Source of the DNA: an uncultured Acidimicrobiaceae bacterium
GTDB taxonomy: Bacteria; Actinomycetota; Acidimicrobiia; Acidimicrobiales; UBA8592
Direction of reading: 5' to 3'
Length of the DNA stretch: 64,000 nucleotides
Assembly: GCA_963716795.1 (NCBI GenBank)
Contig: CAVQUE010000015.1
Location: 754,069 to 818,068 of the forward strand
Shown here: one piece after another, positions 19,797-28,574 of the stretch
Numbering within the stretch: position 1 is the stretch's first letter
Layout: the number at the start of each line of letters is the position of its first letter
Made by a program: the position numbers and the translations under genes
Notes under the pieces: model-generated
What the model was told of the DNA's origin: nothing
Database searches by the model: none
What the model saw: only the letters and a program-made list of their open reading frames with translations

Positions 19797-20538
19797 GAGC
19801 AGGGCCGTAGTGGCCCGGGACAGGTCGGCGCTCTCCGCTGCTCCCGAGACGGCTGGGCATCCCGGTGGAGGGTTTCGGTATCCCCGTGGCCGTCTCGGCT
19901 GGTCGCTGCTGCTGCGCAGCACGCCGACACCGGCCGGCGACGTGCGCCCCGGCTCGAGCGTGCGACGAGGCCGAGCCAGGGGATCCCGGCGCGTGGGAGC
20001 CGGAGACGAGCCGGCCCAGCAACATCGCGCACCGTCCAGGGCCGCAGTGGCCCGGGACAGGTCGGCGCTCTCCGCTGCTCCCGAGACGGCTGGGCACCCC
20101 GCCAAAGGGTTTCGGCACCCCCGAGCCGTCTCGGCTGGTCGCTGCTGCTGCGCAGCACGCCGACACCGGCCGGCGACGTGCGTCCCGGCTCGAGCGTGCG
20201 ACAACCACAAACGGGGGATCCCGGCGCGTGGGCGCCGGAGACGAGCCGGTCCAGCAACACCGGGGGATCCCGGCGCGTGGGCGCCGGAGACGAGCCGGCC
20301 CAGCAACACCGCGTACCGTCCAGGGCCGCAGCGGCACGGGACAGGTCGGCGCTCCGCGCCGCTCCCCGAGACGGCTGGGCACCCCGGTGAAGGGTTTCGG
20401 TACCCCCGAGCCGTCTCGGCTCGACGCTGCTGCTGCGCAGCACGCCGACACCGGCCGGCGACGTGCGCCCCGGACAGGGCGTGAGACGAGGTCGAGCCGG
20501 GGGATCCCGGCGCGTGGGAGCCGGAGACGAGCCGGCCA
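19797..20538 (+). repeat. Tandem array of three about 235-bp GC-rich units, one carrying a 49-bp internal duplication; non-coding
   Basis: Phase markers GGATCC at 19981, 20216, 20265 and 20502. Each unit contains CCGAGACGGCTGGGCACCCC-N6-GGGTTTCGGnACCCC..GCCGTCTCGG (10-bp inverted arms), then GCTGCTGCGCAGCACGCCGACACCGGCCGGCGACGTGCG and GGATCCCGGCGCGTGGG(A/C)GCCGGAGACGAGCCGGCCCAG. Confidence 0.85.
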
Positions 20539-20655
20539 GGAGACTAGGCACTCCTTCCCATTCGGCGGGTCCGATGGCTCAACTACACCCACCGACTGCC
20601 GATTGAGGGCCCGGATGCGATGCGGGTCACGGCGACGTGCCTGCCCTCGGAGAGG

Positions 20656-21489
20656 ATGCAGATGAGACGAAGAGTGATTGCGCTCGTGGCGGCGGTTCTG
20701 CTCGCCGGCGTGGGGACGATGGTGCTGGTGGGTTTCGTGCAGAGCGCCGAAGAGCGTGCGGTCGCGGGCCAAGAGCTCGTGGCCGTCCTCCAGGTCCGTG
20801 CGGATGCGACGGTTCCCCAGGGCACATCGTCCGAAGAGATCGCCCCGTTGATCGAGGTGGTCGAGGTTCCGGCCCAGGCCAGAGCGGTCGGAGCGATCAC
20901 CGATCTGGGCGAAGTGGCCGGACTGGCCACCGCAGTGGACCTCGTGCCCGGTGAACAGCTCATCGCAGCCCGGTTCGTCGAGGCTGCAGAGGTCCAGGCC
21001 GATCGCCGTGAAGACCTTCCTCGTCGCCGGGTCGCCGTGCCCGACGGCATGCTCGAGGTGCCGATCCGCCTCGATGCCGTCAGCGCGCTGGGCGGCATCA
21101 TCGATGTCGGCGACACCGTTGCGATCGTCGCCTCGTTCGCCAACTACACCGGCGACACCCAGGGCACGGTCACCGTCGACGATCAGGTCGTCGCCGTGCC
21201 CCAGAGTGCCGGTGAGGGAGGCGCAGGCCAGGCCACCAAGATGCTGATCGAGAACGCATTGGTCATCGAGGTGCAGGCCGACACGGCACCGACGTTCGTC
21301 GACGACGCCTCTGGCGAGGTCGTCTTGGCACCTGCGTCGAACTTCCTGGTCACGTTTGCCCTCGAGCCCAACGACGTCGAGCGCCTGATCTTCGCCACCC
21401 AGTACGGCACGCTCTACCTGGCGCAGCAGACCCCCGACGATGTCGGCGAGGGCAGCATCGTCACCATCGAGAACATCTTCCGGGACTGA
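20656..21489 (+). CDS. cpaB: Flp pilus assembly protein CpaB/RcpC (SAF domain)
   Basis: N-terminal TM RRRVIALVAAVLLAGVGTMVLVGFV, then a SAF-like region (AVDLVPGEQLIAARF) and the CpaB C-terminal domain. The start may be ATG 20656 or 20662; GGAGAGG lies upstream. Confidence 0.85.
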   Translation: MQMRRRVIALVAAVLLAGVGTMVLVGFVQSAEERAVAGQELVAVLQVRADATVPQGTSSEEIAPLIEVVEVPAQARAVGAITDLGEVAGLATAVDLVPGEQLIAARFVEAAEVQADRREDLPRRRVAVPDGMLEVPIRLDAVSALGGIIDVGDTVAIVASFANYTGDTQGTVTVDDQVVAVPQSAGEGGAGQATKMLIENALVIEVQADTAPTFVDDASGEVVLAPASNFLVTFALEPNDVERLIFATQYGTLYLAQQTPDDVGEGSIVTIENIFRD

Positions 21490-21493
21490 TCCG

Positions 21494-22675
21494 ATGATCC
21501 TCCTGCTCACGCCAGAAGAGAGCTTCGTCCCGTTCCTCCAGGGTCTGGTGGGCAACGGGGTGGAGATCTCGCGCAAGTGGGATCCGGGATGGCGCGACGC
21601 GCAGCCGATCGACGTCGTGCAATCGACGGTTCATCCGCTGCCGGACATCGTCATCATCGGCCCCACGGTGCCCGAGGCCGTGGCACTCGAATGGGCCGGT
21701 GCCTTCGATCGCGAGCAGCCCGAGGTCGGGCGGCTCATCATCGCTCCCGCCACGCCGGACCTGTTGATGGGTGCGATGCGGCTCGGTGTGCGCGAGGTCG
21801 TACCGCCGAACGCGGCAGCCGATCAGATTCGCGAGGCGGTCGACCGCCTCCTCGGTGCTGCGGCACGGCTGAAGACGTCGCGTCCGGCCAGCGAAGAATC
21901 CCATCCCACGAACCGGGTCATCACGGTGCTGTCCGCCAAGGGCGGTAGCGGGAAGACGGTCGTGGCCACCAATCTGGCGCAGGGACTCAATGCCGAGTTC
22001 CCGGGGCAGGTCGTGCTCGTCGACATGGACATCCAGTTCGGCGACTGCGGCGCCACGCTCAACCTCGAGCCGGAGCAGACGCTCGCCGACGCTGCGCTGA
22101 ATGCGTCGGTGCTCGATGCGACGACGCTCAAGGTCTTCTTGACGCCCCACCCCAGTGGCTTGTTCCTGATGGGTCCGCCGCAGTCGCTCGTCGACGCGGC
22201 CGAGATCACCACCCAGCAGGTCAAGGCGATCCTCGACCTGTTGACGGGAATCTTCGACTACGTCGTCATCGACACCGCATCGGGCATCGATGATCACGCC
22301 ATCACCTCCATGGAGTTCTCGACCGATCTGGTCCTCGTGACCTCGTCGGAGGTGCCGAGCGTCAGGGCGCTGCGGCGCCAGGTCGAGACGCTCGACACCA
22401 TCGGCATGACCCGTCAAGCCCGTCATTTCGTCGTGAACCGTGCCGGAACCCGGGTCGGTCTGCGCACGAGCGACATCGAGGACACGGTGGGAATCGAGGC
22501 CGAGATCGAGATCCCGAGCTCGCGCCAGGTCGTCCTGTCCACCAATCAGGGCAGCCCGATCGTGATGAGTTCACCGAAGGACCCTGCGGCCCGCGCGCTG
22601 CAGGAGTTGGTCGATCTGTTCCTACCCGACAAGCCCGAGGATTCTCGGGGTCGGCGAAAGAGAGGGAAGCGATGA
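21494..22675 (+). CDS. cpaE: CpaE/TadZ-type pilus assembly ATPase (receiver-like N-domain plus MinD/ParA ATPase)
   Basis: Deviant Walker A VITVLSAKGGSGKTVVATNLA, with VLVDMDIQFGD. Start at ATG 21494 (MILLLTPEE), 5 nt after the cpaB stop. Confidence 0.85.
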   Translation: MILLLTPEESFVPFLQGLVGNGVEISRKWDPGWRDAQPIDVVQSTVHPLPDIVIIGPTVPEAVALEWAGAFDREQPEVGRLIIAPATPDLLMGAMRLGVREVVPPNAAADQIREAVDRLLGAAARLKTSRPASEESHPTNRVITVLSAKGGSGKTVVATNLAQGLNAEFPGQVVLVDMDIQFGDCGATLNLEPEQTLADAALNASVLDATTLKVFLTPHPSGLFLMGPPQSLVDAAEITTQQVKAILDLLTGIFDYVVIDTASGIDDHAITSMEFSTDLVLVTSSEVPSVRALRRQVETLDTIGMTRQARHFVVNRAGTRVGLRTSDIEDTVGIEAEIEIPSSRQVVLSTNQGSPIVMSSPKDPAARALQELVDLFLPDKPEDSRGRRKRGKR

Positions 22676-24078
22676 AGCTCGGAGCCATGCTTCGCCAGGC
22701 GGGACAGGACGGCAACCTCCCTGCGCAGCCGACGCCGGTTGCGCCCGCCGAACGTATCGACGAGGACGACGAGCCGATCCATCGCGTCCTCGACCCGATG
22801 CAGATCCTCAAGACCCGGGCACAGGAGCAGCTGTTCCGGCGGCTCGGGTCGCGTCTGTACGACTCGTCGATGAGCCAGGAGCAGCTCCAGACCCTGGTGG
22901 CCCAAGAGCTCGACGAGGCGATCAAGTCCGAGTCCACGCCGCTGAGTCCCGAAGAGCGGCAGCGTCTCGTCACCGCGGTCCGCGATGACATATTGGGCTA
23001 CGGCCCCATGGAGCAGTTCCTCGCCGATCCGTCGGTGTCAGAAGTCATGGTCAACGGCGACGATGCGATCTACATCGAGCGCAGCGGCAAGCTCCAGCTG
23101 ACCGACGCCCGTTTCGTCTCGAACGACCATCTGCGTCGCGTCATCGAGCGCATCGTCTCCAAGGTCGGACGCCGCATCGACGAGTCGTCGCCGATGTGTG
23201 ACGCCCGCCTGCCCGATGGCTCTCGCGTCAACGCGATCATCCCGCCGCTCGCCGTGCGCGGCCCTGCCCTGACGATTCGTAAGTTTGCAAAGAAGAAGCT
23301 CACAGTCGAGGACCTGATCGAAAAGGGCGCCTTCACCCGTCAGACCGGCGAGTTCCTCGAGGCATGCGTGCTCGGTCGACTCAACATCATCGTCTCGGGT
23401 GGTACCGGTACCGGCAAGACGACGATGCTCAACCTGTTGTCGGGCTTCATCCCCGATGACGAACGCATCGTGACGATCGAGGACTCCGTGGAGCTCCAAC
23501 TCCGCCAGCGCCACGTCATCACGCTGGAGACCCGTCCGCCGAACGTCGAAGGCAAGGGTGCAGTCGAGATCCGTGACCTGGTGAAGAACTCACTGCGTAT
23601 GCGCCCCGATCGCATCGTGGTCGGCGAGTGTCGTGGCGGCGAGACCCTCGACATGTTGCAGGCCATGAACACCGGCCACGAAGGATCGTTGTCGACGGTC
23701 CACGCGAACAACGCCCGCGACACCTTGTCCCGTATCGAGACCATGGTGCTCATGGCCGGTATGGACCTGCCGGTGCGGGCGATCCGCGAACAGGTGGCCT
23801 CCGCGGTCGACATGATCGTGCAGCTGAGCCGCCTTCGTGACGGCAGCCGCCGAGTCACCCAGATCACCGAGGTGGTCGGCATGGAGGGTGATCGCATCAC
23901 CATGGCCGACCTGTTCAAGTTCGACTTCTCGGCCGGGTTCACCCCCGAGGGCCACTTCGCCGGCGGCCTCGAAGCCACCGGCGTCCGGCCGATGTTCACC
24001 GAGCGTCTCGCGGACCACGGCATCGAGTTGCCCGCCGAGATGTTCGCCATAGCGAACGATCCCTTCGGACGGCGGTGA
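22672..24078 (+). CDS. cpaF: CpaF/TadA secretion ATPase
   Basis: 468 aa. SPMCDARLPDGSRVNAIIPPLA..GPALTIRKF, Walker A IVSGGTGTGKTTMLN, and the RIVVGECRGGE box. ATG overlaps the cpaE stop (ATGA). Confidence 0.95.
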   Translation: MKLGAMLRQAGQDGNLPAQPTPVAPAERIDEDDEPIHRVLDPMQILKTRAQEQLFRRLGSRLYDSSMSQEQLQTLVAQELDEAIKSESTPLSPEERQRLVTAVRDDILGYGPMEQFLADPSVSEVMVNGDDAIYIERSGKLQLTDARFVSNDHLRRVIERIVSKVGRRIDESSPMCDARLPDGSRVNAIIPPLAVRGPALTIRKFAKKKLTVEDLIEKGAFTRQTGEFLEACVLGRLNIIVSGGTGTGKTTMLNLLSGFIPDDERIVTIEDSVELQLRQRHVITLETRPPNVEGKGAVEIRDLVKNSLRMRPDRIVVGECRGGETLDMLQAMNTGHEGSLSTVHANNARDTLSRIETMVLMAGMDLPVRAIREQVASAVDMIVQLSRLRDGSRRVTQITEVVGMEGDRITMADLFKFDFSAGFTPEGHFAGGLEATGVRPMFTERLADHGIELPAEMFAIANDPFGRR

Positions 24079-26243
24079 CGATGACGGCCCCGGCCCCGAC
24101 CACGTTGGGTCGGCGTCGCCGAATCCTGGCGTTGCTGCTGGGGCTCGCGGTGTCGATCGCCATGGTGACCCCTGCCGTCGCGCAGGACCGGCCCGGCCCT
24201 GCCCCCGGAGACGGGGGCGAGACCGTCGCGGTCGAGGTCGACGAATCGGGTGACACCTTCGTCGACACCGCTCCGTCGGTGCCGGTCGACACCGGACCCG
24301 CCGCGTCCGTCGACGGTGGCGGTGCCGACGTGGCAGATCCCGCCGGAACGCAGGCATCGACGGACGGTGTTGCGGCCGGTGCGGTCGACGACGGCGACCG
24401 CACCATCCAGATCCTCGAGAGCGACGTGGCCGGGTATCCCTCGGTATCGCTGGTCGCGGCGGTGCCGCCTGCGCTCGCAGGCGATCTCCGCAGCGACTCG
24501 TTCGGCCTCACCGAGAACGGCAACTCGCGCTTTCTCGATGTCGTGAAGCTGCGCGACACCATCGAGGTCGTCGTCGTCATCGACACCTCCGGCTCCATGG
24601 CCGGTGCGCCGATCGATGCAGCCACGGCTGCGGCGTCGGACTTCGTGTCCTCGCTCGATCCCGAGACGCGGGTTGCCGTCATCGGCTTCGGCGCCGACGT
24701 CGAGACCGCCGCGGGCTTCGACTCGACCCGGCGTGCCACCAACGCCGCCATCGATGGCCTCGAAGCCGGAGGCGAGACGGCGCTCTTCGACGCGCTCACC
24801 GCGGCCGCGCAGGCCTTCGGTCCCGGCGACAGCCGTCGGTTCGTCGTCGTGCTCTCCGACGGCACCGATACCGCGAGCTCCGCAACGCTCGAGGAGGCAG
24901 CGGCTGCGCTGGAGGCCAGCACCGCTTCGCTCTATGCGATCACCCTCCAGTCCGACGAAGCGGACTTCCGCGGCATTCGCGACCTCGCAGGTCGCGTCGA
25001 CGGCCAGGTCGTCGGCGCCAACGATGCCGAGTCGCTCGACGAGGTCTACGCCGCCATCGCCAGCCGGTTGACCAACCAGTATCGGGTCAGCTACGAGTCG
25101 CGCGCCACCGATGTCGCGTCGGTGGTGCTCTCCGTCGAAGCCGGCGGTGTCCTGGCAACCGCCGCAGACGAGATCGACCTCGGTGTGGCCTCGCCCAGCA
25201 CGTCTGCAGACGGCGACACCGCTGCCTCACCGGTCATCGCAATCGGCGAACCGACCGTCGTGCAGGCTCCCGAGACCGGCTTCTTGCAGTCCTCCATGGC
25301 GCTATACCTTGGCGGCGCGGTGCTGTTCTTGTCGATCGGCCTCGTCTTGTTCATCGCGATGTCGGTCGAGCCCAAGGGCCCGTCGGCCATGGAGCGGCTC
25401 AACAAGAGTCGCCAGTCGGTGAAGGCGGACCGAACCAGCGGATTGTCCTCGCTCGCCAACCGGGCCAGCTCGGTCGCCGAGCGGGTACTCGAGAAGCAGT
25501 CCAGACGGGGCGCACTCGACGCGAATCTCGAGAAGGCCGGCATGGACATGCGGCCCGGCGAATACATCGTTGCGTCGATGGGTGCTGCGCTCGGCGTCGC
25601 GGCGCTCGGCTTCGTGATGATGGGCGCGCTCCCTGGTCTGATCGGTCTGGTCGTCGGCTTGCTGGGGGGCCGGATGGTCCTCAAGCGCAAGGTGTCGAAG
25701 CGCCAGAAGAAGTTCGGCGAGCAGCTCGGGGACACGTTGATGATGATCGCCGGCAGCCTGCGTGCCGGTCACGGCATCGCCGAGGCGCTCGACGCCATCG
25801 CCAACCAGGCCGACTCGCCCACCGCAGAGGAGTTCAGTCGTGCCGTTTCGGAATCGCGCATCGGGCGCGACATGGTCGATTCGCTCTACGACATCGCCGA
25901 CCGGACCGGCAACGAGGACTTCGTGTGGGTGGTGCGGGCCATCTCGATCAACCGGGAGCTCGGCGGCGACCTCGCCGAGATCCTCGACAACGTCGGCGAG
26001 ACGATTCGCGACCGCAATCGGCTTCGTGACCAGGTCCGGGCGCTGTCAGCAGAAGGCAAGGTCTCGGCGCTGATCCTGTTCGCCATGCCCGTCCTCGTCG
26101 CGATCTGGGTCCAGATCTCGAACCCGGAGTACATGGCGTCGATGACCGACGAGACGGCCGGCAAGTTCGTCGTCGGCTTCGCCGTGATGTTGCTGGTGGT
26201 CGGCGGGGCCTGGCTCAAGAAGCTCGTGAACGTGGAGTTCTGA
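24075..26243 (+). CDS. tadB: Fusion protein: signal peptide plus von Willebrand factor A domain plus TadB (T2SS-F family) membrane platform domain
   Basis: Signal-like RRRRILALLLGLAVSIAMVTPAVAQ. vWA MIDAS VVVIDTSGSMAG...ETALFDAL...VVLSDGTDT. The C-terminal half has TM helices and the T2SSF motif FGEQLGDTLMMIAGSLRAGHGIAEAL...DFVWVVRAISINRELGGDLAEILD. GTG overlaps the cpaF stop. Confidence 0.85.
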   Translation: MTMTAPAPTTLGRRRRILALLLGLAVSIAMVTPAVAQDRPGPAPGDGGETVAVEVDESGDTFVDTAPSVPVDTGPAASVDGGGADVADPAGTQASTDGVAAGAVDDGDRTIQILESDVAGYPSVSLVAAVPPALAGDLRSDSFGLTENGNSRFLDVVKLRDTIEVVVVIDTSGSMAGAPIDAATAAASDFVSSLDPETRVAVIGFGADVETAAGFDSTRRATNAAIDGLEAGGETALFDALTAAAQAFGPGDSRRFVVVLSDGTDTASSATLEEAAAALEASTASLYAITLQSDEADFRGIRDLAGRVDGQVVGANDAESLDEVYAAIASRLTNQYRVSYESRATDVASVVLSVEAGGVLATAADEIDLGVASPSTSADGDTAASPVIAIGEPTVVQAPETGFLQSSMALYLGGAVLFLSIGLVLFIAMSVEPKGPSAMERLNKSRQSVKADRTSGLSSLANRASSVAERVLEKQSRRGALDANLEKAGMDMRPGEYIVASMGAALGVAALGFVMMGALPGLIGLVVGLLGGRMVLKRKVSKRQKKFGEQLGDTLMMIAGSLRAGHGIAEALDAIANQADSPTAEEFSRAVSESRIGRDMVDSLYDIADRTGNEDFVWVVRAISINRELGGDLAEILDNVGETIRDRNRLRDQVRALSAEGKVSALILFAMPVLVAIWVQISNPEYMASMTDETAGKFVVGFAVMLLVVGGAWLKKLVNVEF

Positions 26244-26286
26244 TGCCGCGACCACACGCCACCACATCTCACCGGGAGTCGCGCTG

Positions 26287-27207
26287 ATGGGTATCGAGAT
26301 CTATCTCGCAGCCTTTGCGATCATCGTCGCGATTCCGATCGCGCTGATCGGCATCGCGGGCCCGGATCGGCTCAGCTCGACCGGCTCGTCGGCATCGGGT
26401 CGGCTCCGTCCGAGCGGTCCGTTGAGCATGCGCGACATGCGCCTGCAGCAACGCACCTCGGATCGGCTGCTGGCGCCGATGGTCAACGGGGTGGCCGGCA
26501 GGATGCGCCGGTTCACGCCCACGGGCGCCATCGAGGAGATGGAGCGCCGGATCAACGTCGCCGGCATGGCCTCCACGTGGACCGTCGAACGTCTGCTCGC
26601 CACCAAGCTCGGCTTCGCGACGGTGGGTGCGGCGGTGGCGTTGTACCTGCTGGTGTCGAACTTCTCGTTGCGCCAGATCGTCCTGTCCGGCCTCATCGCG
26701 GCCGGCTCGTACCTGTTGCCCGACATGAGCCTCGATCGTCGGGCGAAGGACCGGGCCAAGCTCATCGAACGCGAACTCCCGGATGTCTTGGACCAGATGA
26801 CGATCGGTGTGGAGGCCGGCCTCGGATTCGATGCGGCCCTCGCCCGCGTGGCGCGTGAGAACGAGGGCCCCCTCGCCGAGGAATTCGGTCGGATGATGCA
26901 GGACCGCCAGCTCGGCATGTCACGCGAAGAAGCGTTCGAGCGGGTCACCGTCCGCAGCGAATCGGCTGACCTGAAGCACTTCGTGCTGGCGTTGACCCAG
27001 GCCGACAAGCACGGCATGCCGCTCGCCACGGTGTTGCGGGTCCAGGCCGACGAGATGCGCCAGAAGCGTCGCGTCCGCGCCGAGGAGAAGGCGTTGTCGC
27101 TGCCCATCAAGCTCGTGTTGCCGCTGGTGCTGTGCATCTTGCCGGCGCTGTTCACCGTGATCATCGGCCCGGCGGCGTTCCGACTGATGTCGGGCGGCCT
27201 GGCCTGA
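26287..27207 (+). CDS. tadC: TadC (T2SS-F family) pilus platform protein
   Basis: 306 aa. ELPDVLDQMTIGVEAGLGFDAALARV...LKHFVLALTQADKHGMPLATVLRVQADEMRQKRR...PIKLVLPLVLCILPALF. Confidence 0.88.
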   Translation: MGIEIYLAAFAIIVAIPIALIGIAGPDRLSSTGSSASGRLRPSGPLSMRDMRLQQRTSDRLLAPMVNGVAGRMRRFTPTGAIEEMERRINVAGMASTWTVERLLATKLGFATVGAAVALYLLVSNFSLRQIVLSGLIAAGSYLLPDMSLDRRAKDRAKLIERELPDVLDQMTIGVEAGLGFDAALARVARENEGPLAEEFGRMMQDRQLGMSREEAFERVTVRSESADLKHFVLALTQADKHGMPLATVLRVQADEMRQKRRVRAEEKALSLPIKLVLPLVLCILPALFTVIIGPAAFRLMSGGLA

Positions 27208-28418
27208 TGGCACCGGGCCCACAGACGGCTGCGGTGACCTCACCCTGGGTCGCCGCGCCAACCGGCGAGCCGTCTGGCATGCCGGTGACGGCCGCGCAGC
27301 GTCAGACGACGATGCAGCCACAGCCGCAGGCGCAGTCGGCCGCTGATCGAGTTCGACCATCTGTGCCCGTCGCCTCTCCTGCTCACGCCGCGGCGCTGCC
27401 AGGCTCCATGCCCGATTCGGTGCGGGCCGGCCTGGTCAGCGCCTCCCCGCGTACCTCGCGCGATGTCCTGGCGGGCATCATCCATCGCCGCGCCGCCATC
27501 CCCGGCGTCGATGGTCGTCTCGCGACCTCCTTCGATCCGCTCGACGCCGTGTTGGGCGGCGGGTTCGTTCCCCAGGATCTGGTCCTGCTCGGCGGTAAGC
27601 CCGGTGTCGGCAAGACGATCGCATTGGTCCAATGGGCACGCAGCTTCGCGGTCGCAGGCCATCGCGTGGTGTTCGCGAGCTACGAGCTCAGCGAATCGAA
27701 TTTGCTGGGTCGCCTGTTGACCTCCGAGATCGGGACACGAAGCCGGCACCTGCCCGAAGAGGATCGCCGCAGCGTCACCCGCGTCATCCGGGATTCGGTC
27801 CGGTCGGGTTCGGTGTCCGACGATCCGATGGTGCGATCGGTGATCCGCCAGGCATACGACTCGATCGACGACTACGCCGACCGGCTCCTGTTGCAGCGGG
27901 TGTCGGGCCATCACACCGGCCCGGCAGAGCTCGCTGAACTGGCAGCCGAGTGGGTGGGCCCCGGCGGGGTCCTGGTGGTCGACTATCTCCAGAAGGTGCC
28001 GGTCAAAGGGGCCAAGGACGACAGCGACCGGGTGCTCACCGTCGCCGAGAGTCTGAAGGAGACGGCGTTGACCCACGATGTGTGCGTCGTCGCCGCAGCA
28101 GCGGTCAGCGCCGATGGCCTGGGTCATCGCCGGCTGCGTCTCGAGCATCTGCGCGGGAGCGCCCTGCTCGCACACGAGGTCGATCTCGCGATCGCGATGA
28201 ACGAAAAGCACACCGCGCTGTCGAAGACGCACCTGGCCTATGACCCGCACCTGTTCGAGTCGGCCCAGCACCAGGTCGTCTTCTCGATCGAGAAGAACCG
28301 TGAGGGCCCCGCCAATGTGCACCTGGAGTTCTCCAAGCAGTTCGAGGACTATCGCTTCGACCCCGATGGCGGGTACGTCATGCAGCGGCTGACCGACGAC
28401 GTCTTCGACGAGAGTTGA
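27207..28418 (+). CDS. RecA-superfamily ATPase (DnaB C-terminal / KaiC-like core) with a disordered about 130-aa N-terminus
   Basis: ATG 27207 overlaps the tadC TGA (TGATG). Walker A LVLLGGKPGVGKTIALVQWA, Walker B GVLVVDYLQKV, then LKETALTHDVCVVAAAAVS...LRGSALLAHEVDLAIAMNEK...SIEKNREGP. The N-terminus is Pro/Ala/Gln-rich. Confidence 0.8.
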   Translation: MAPGPQTAAVTSPWVAAPTGEPSGMPVTAAQRQTTMQPQPQAQSAADRVRPSVPVASPAHAAALPGSMPDSVRAGLVSASPRTSRDVLAGIIHRRAAIPGVDGRLATSFDPLDAVLGGGFVPQDLVLLGGKPGVGKTIALVQWARSFAVAGHRVVFASYELSESNLLGRLLTSEIGTRSRHLPEEDRRSVTRVIRDSVRSGSVSDDPMVRSVIRQAYDSIDDYADRLLLQRVSGHHTGPAELAELAAEWVGPGGVLVVDYLQKVPVKGAKDDSDRVLTVAESLKETALTHDVCVVAAAAVSADGLGHRRLRLEHLRGSALLAHEVDLAIAMNEKHTALSKTHLAYDPHLFESAQHQVVFSIEKNREGPANVHLEFSKQFEDYRFDPDGGYVMQRLTDDVFDES

Positions 28419-28520
28419 CGCAGCGCGGCACGCCCATGGCGGTGACCGTGGTCGCCTCATCGCGACCGACGCGCACCCGATCGATCGGGTCCGGCCAACG
28501 GCGGCCGGTCCGGTCCGTTC

Positions 28521-28560
28521 GTCGGGGTGGGGCGCCCGGGCGGGGCTGCCCCACCCCGAC
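28521..28560. terminator. Bidirectional terminator-like hairpin between convergent genes
   Basis: GTCGGGGTGGGGC-N14-GCCCCACCCCGAC, a 13-bp perfect stem, between the stops at 28418 (+) and 28575 (-). Confidence 0.55.
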
Positions 28561-28574
28561 GGAACAGCCGAGGG

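Noticed and set aside
19541-20538. CRISPR array
   Set aside because: The units are about 235 bp and contiguous, with no short repeat/unique spacer alternation, and there are no cas genes in the window.
18994-21576. 860-aa minus-strand ORF, with several 200-375-aa ORFs in both strands, spanning the repeat array
   Set aside because: It runs through the non-coding tandem repeats and antisense to cpaB. The 'protein' is Arg/Pro/Gly-rich with repeat-derived periodic peptides. This is a typical open-frame artefact of 70% GC DNA.
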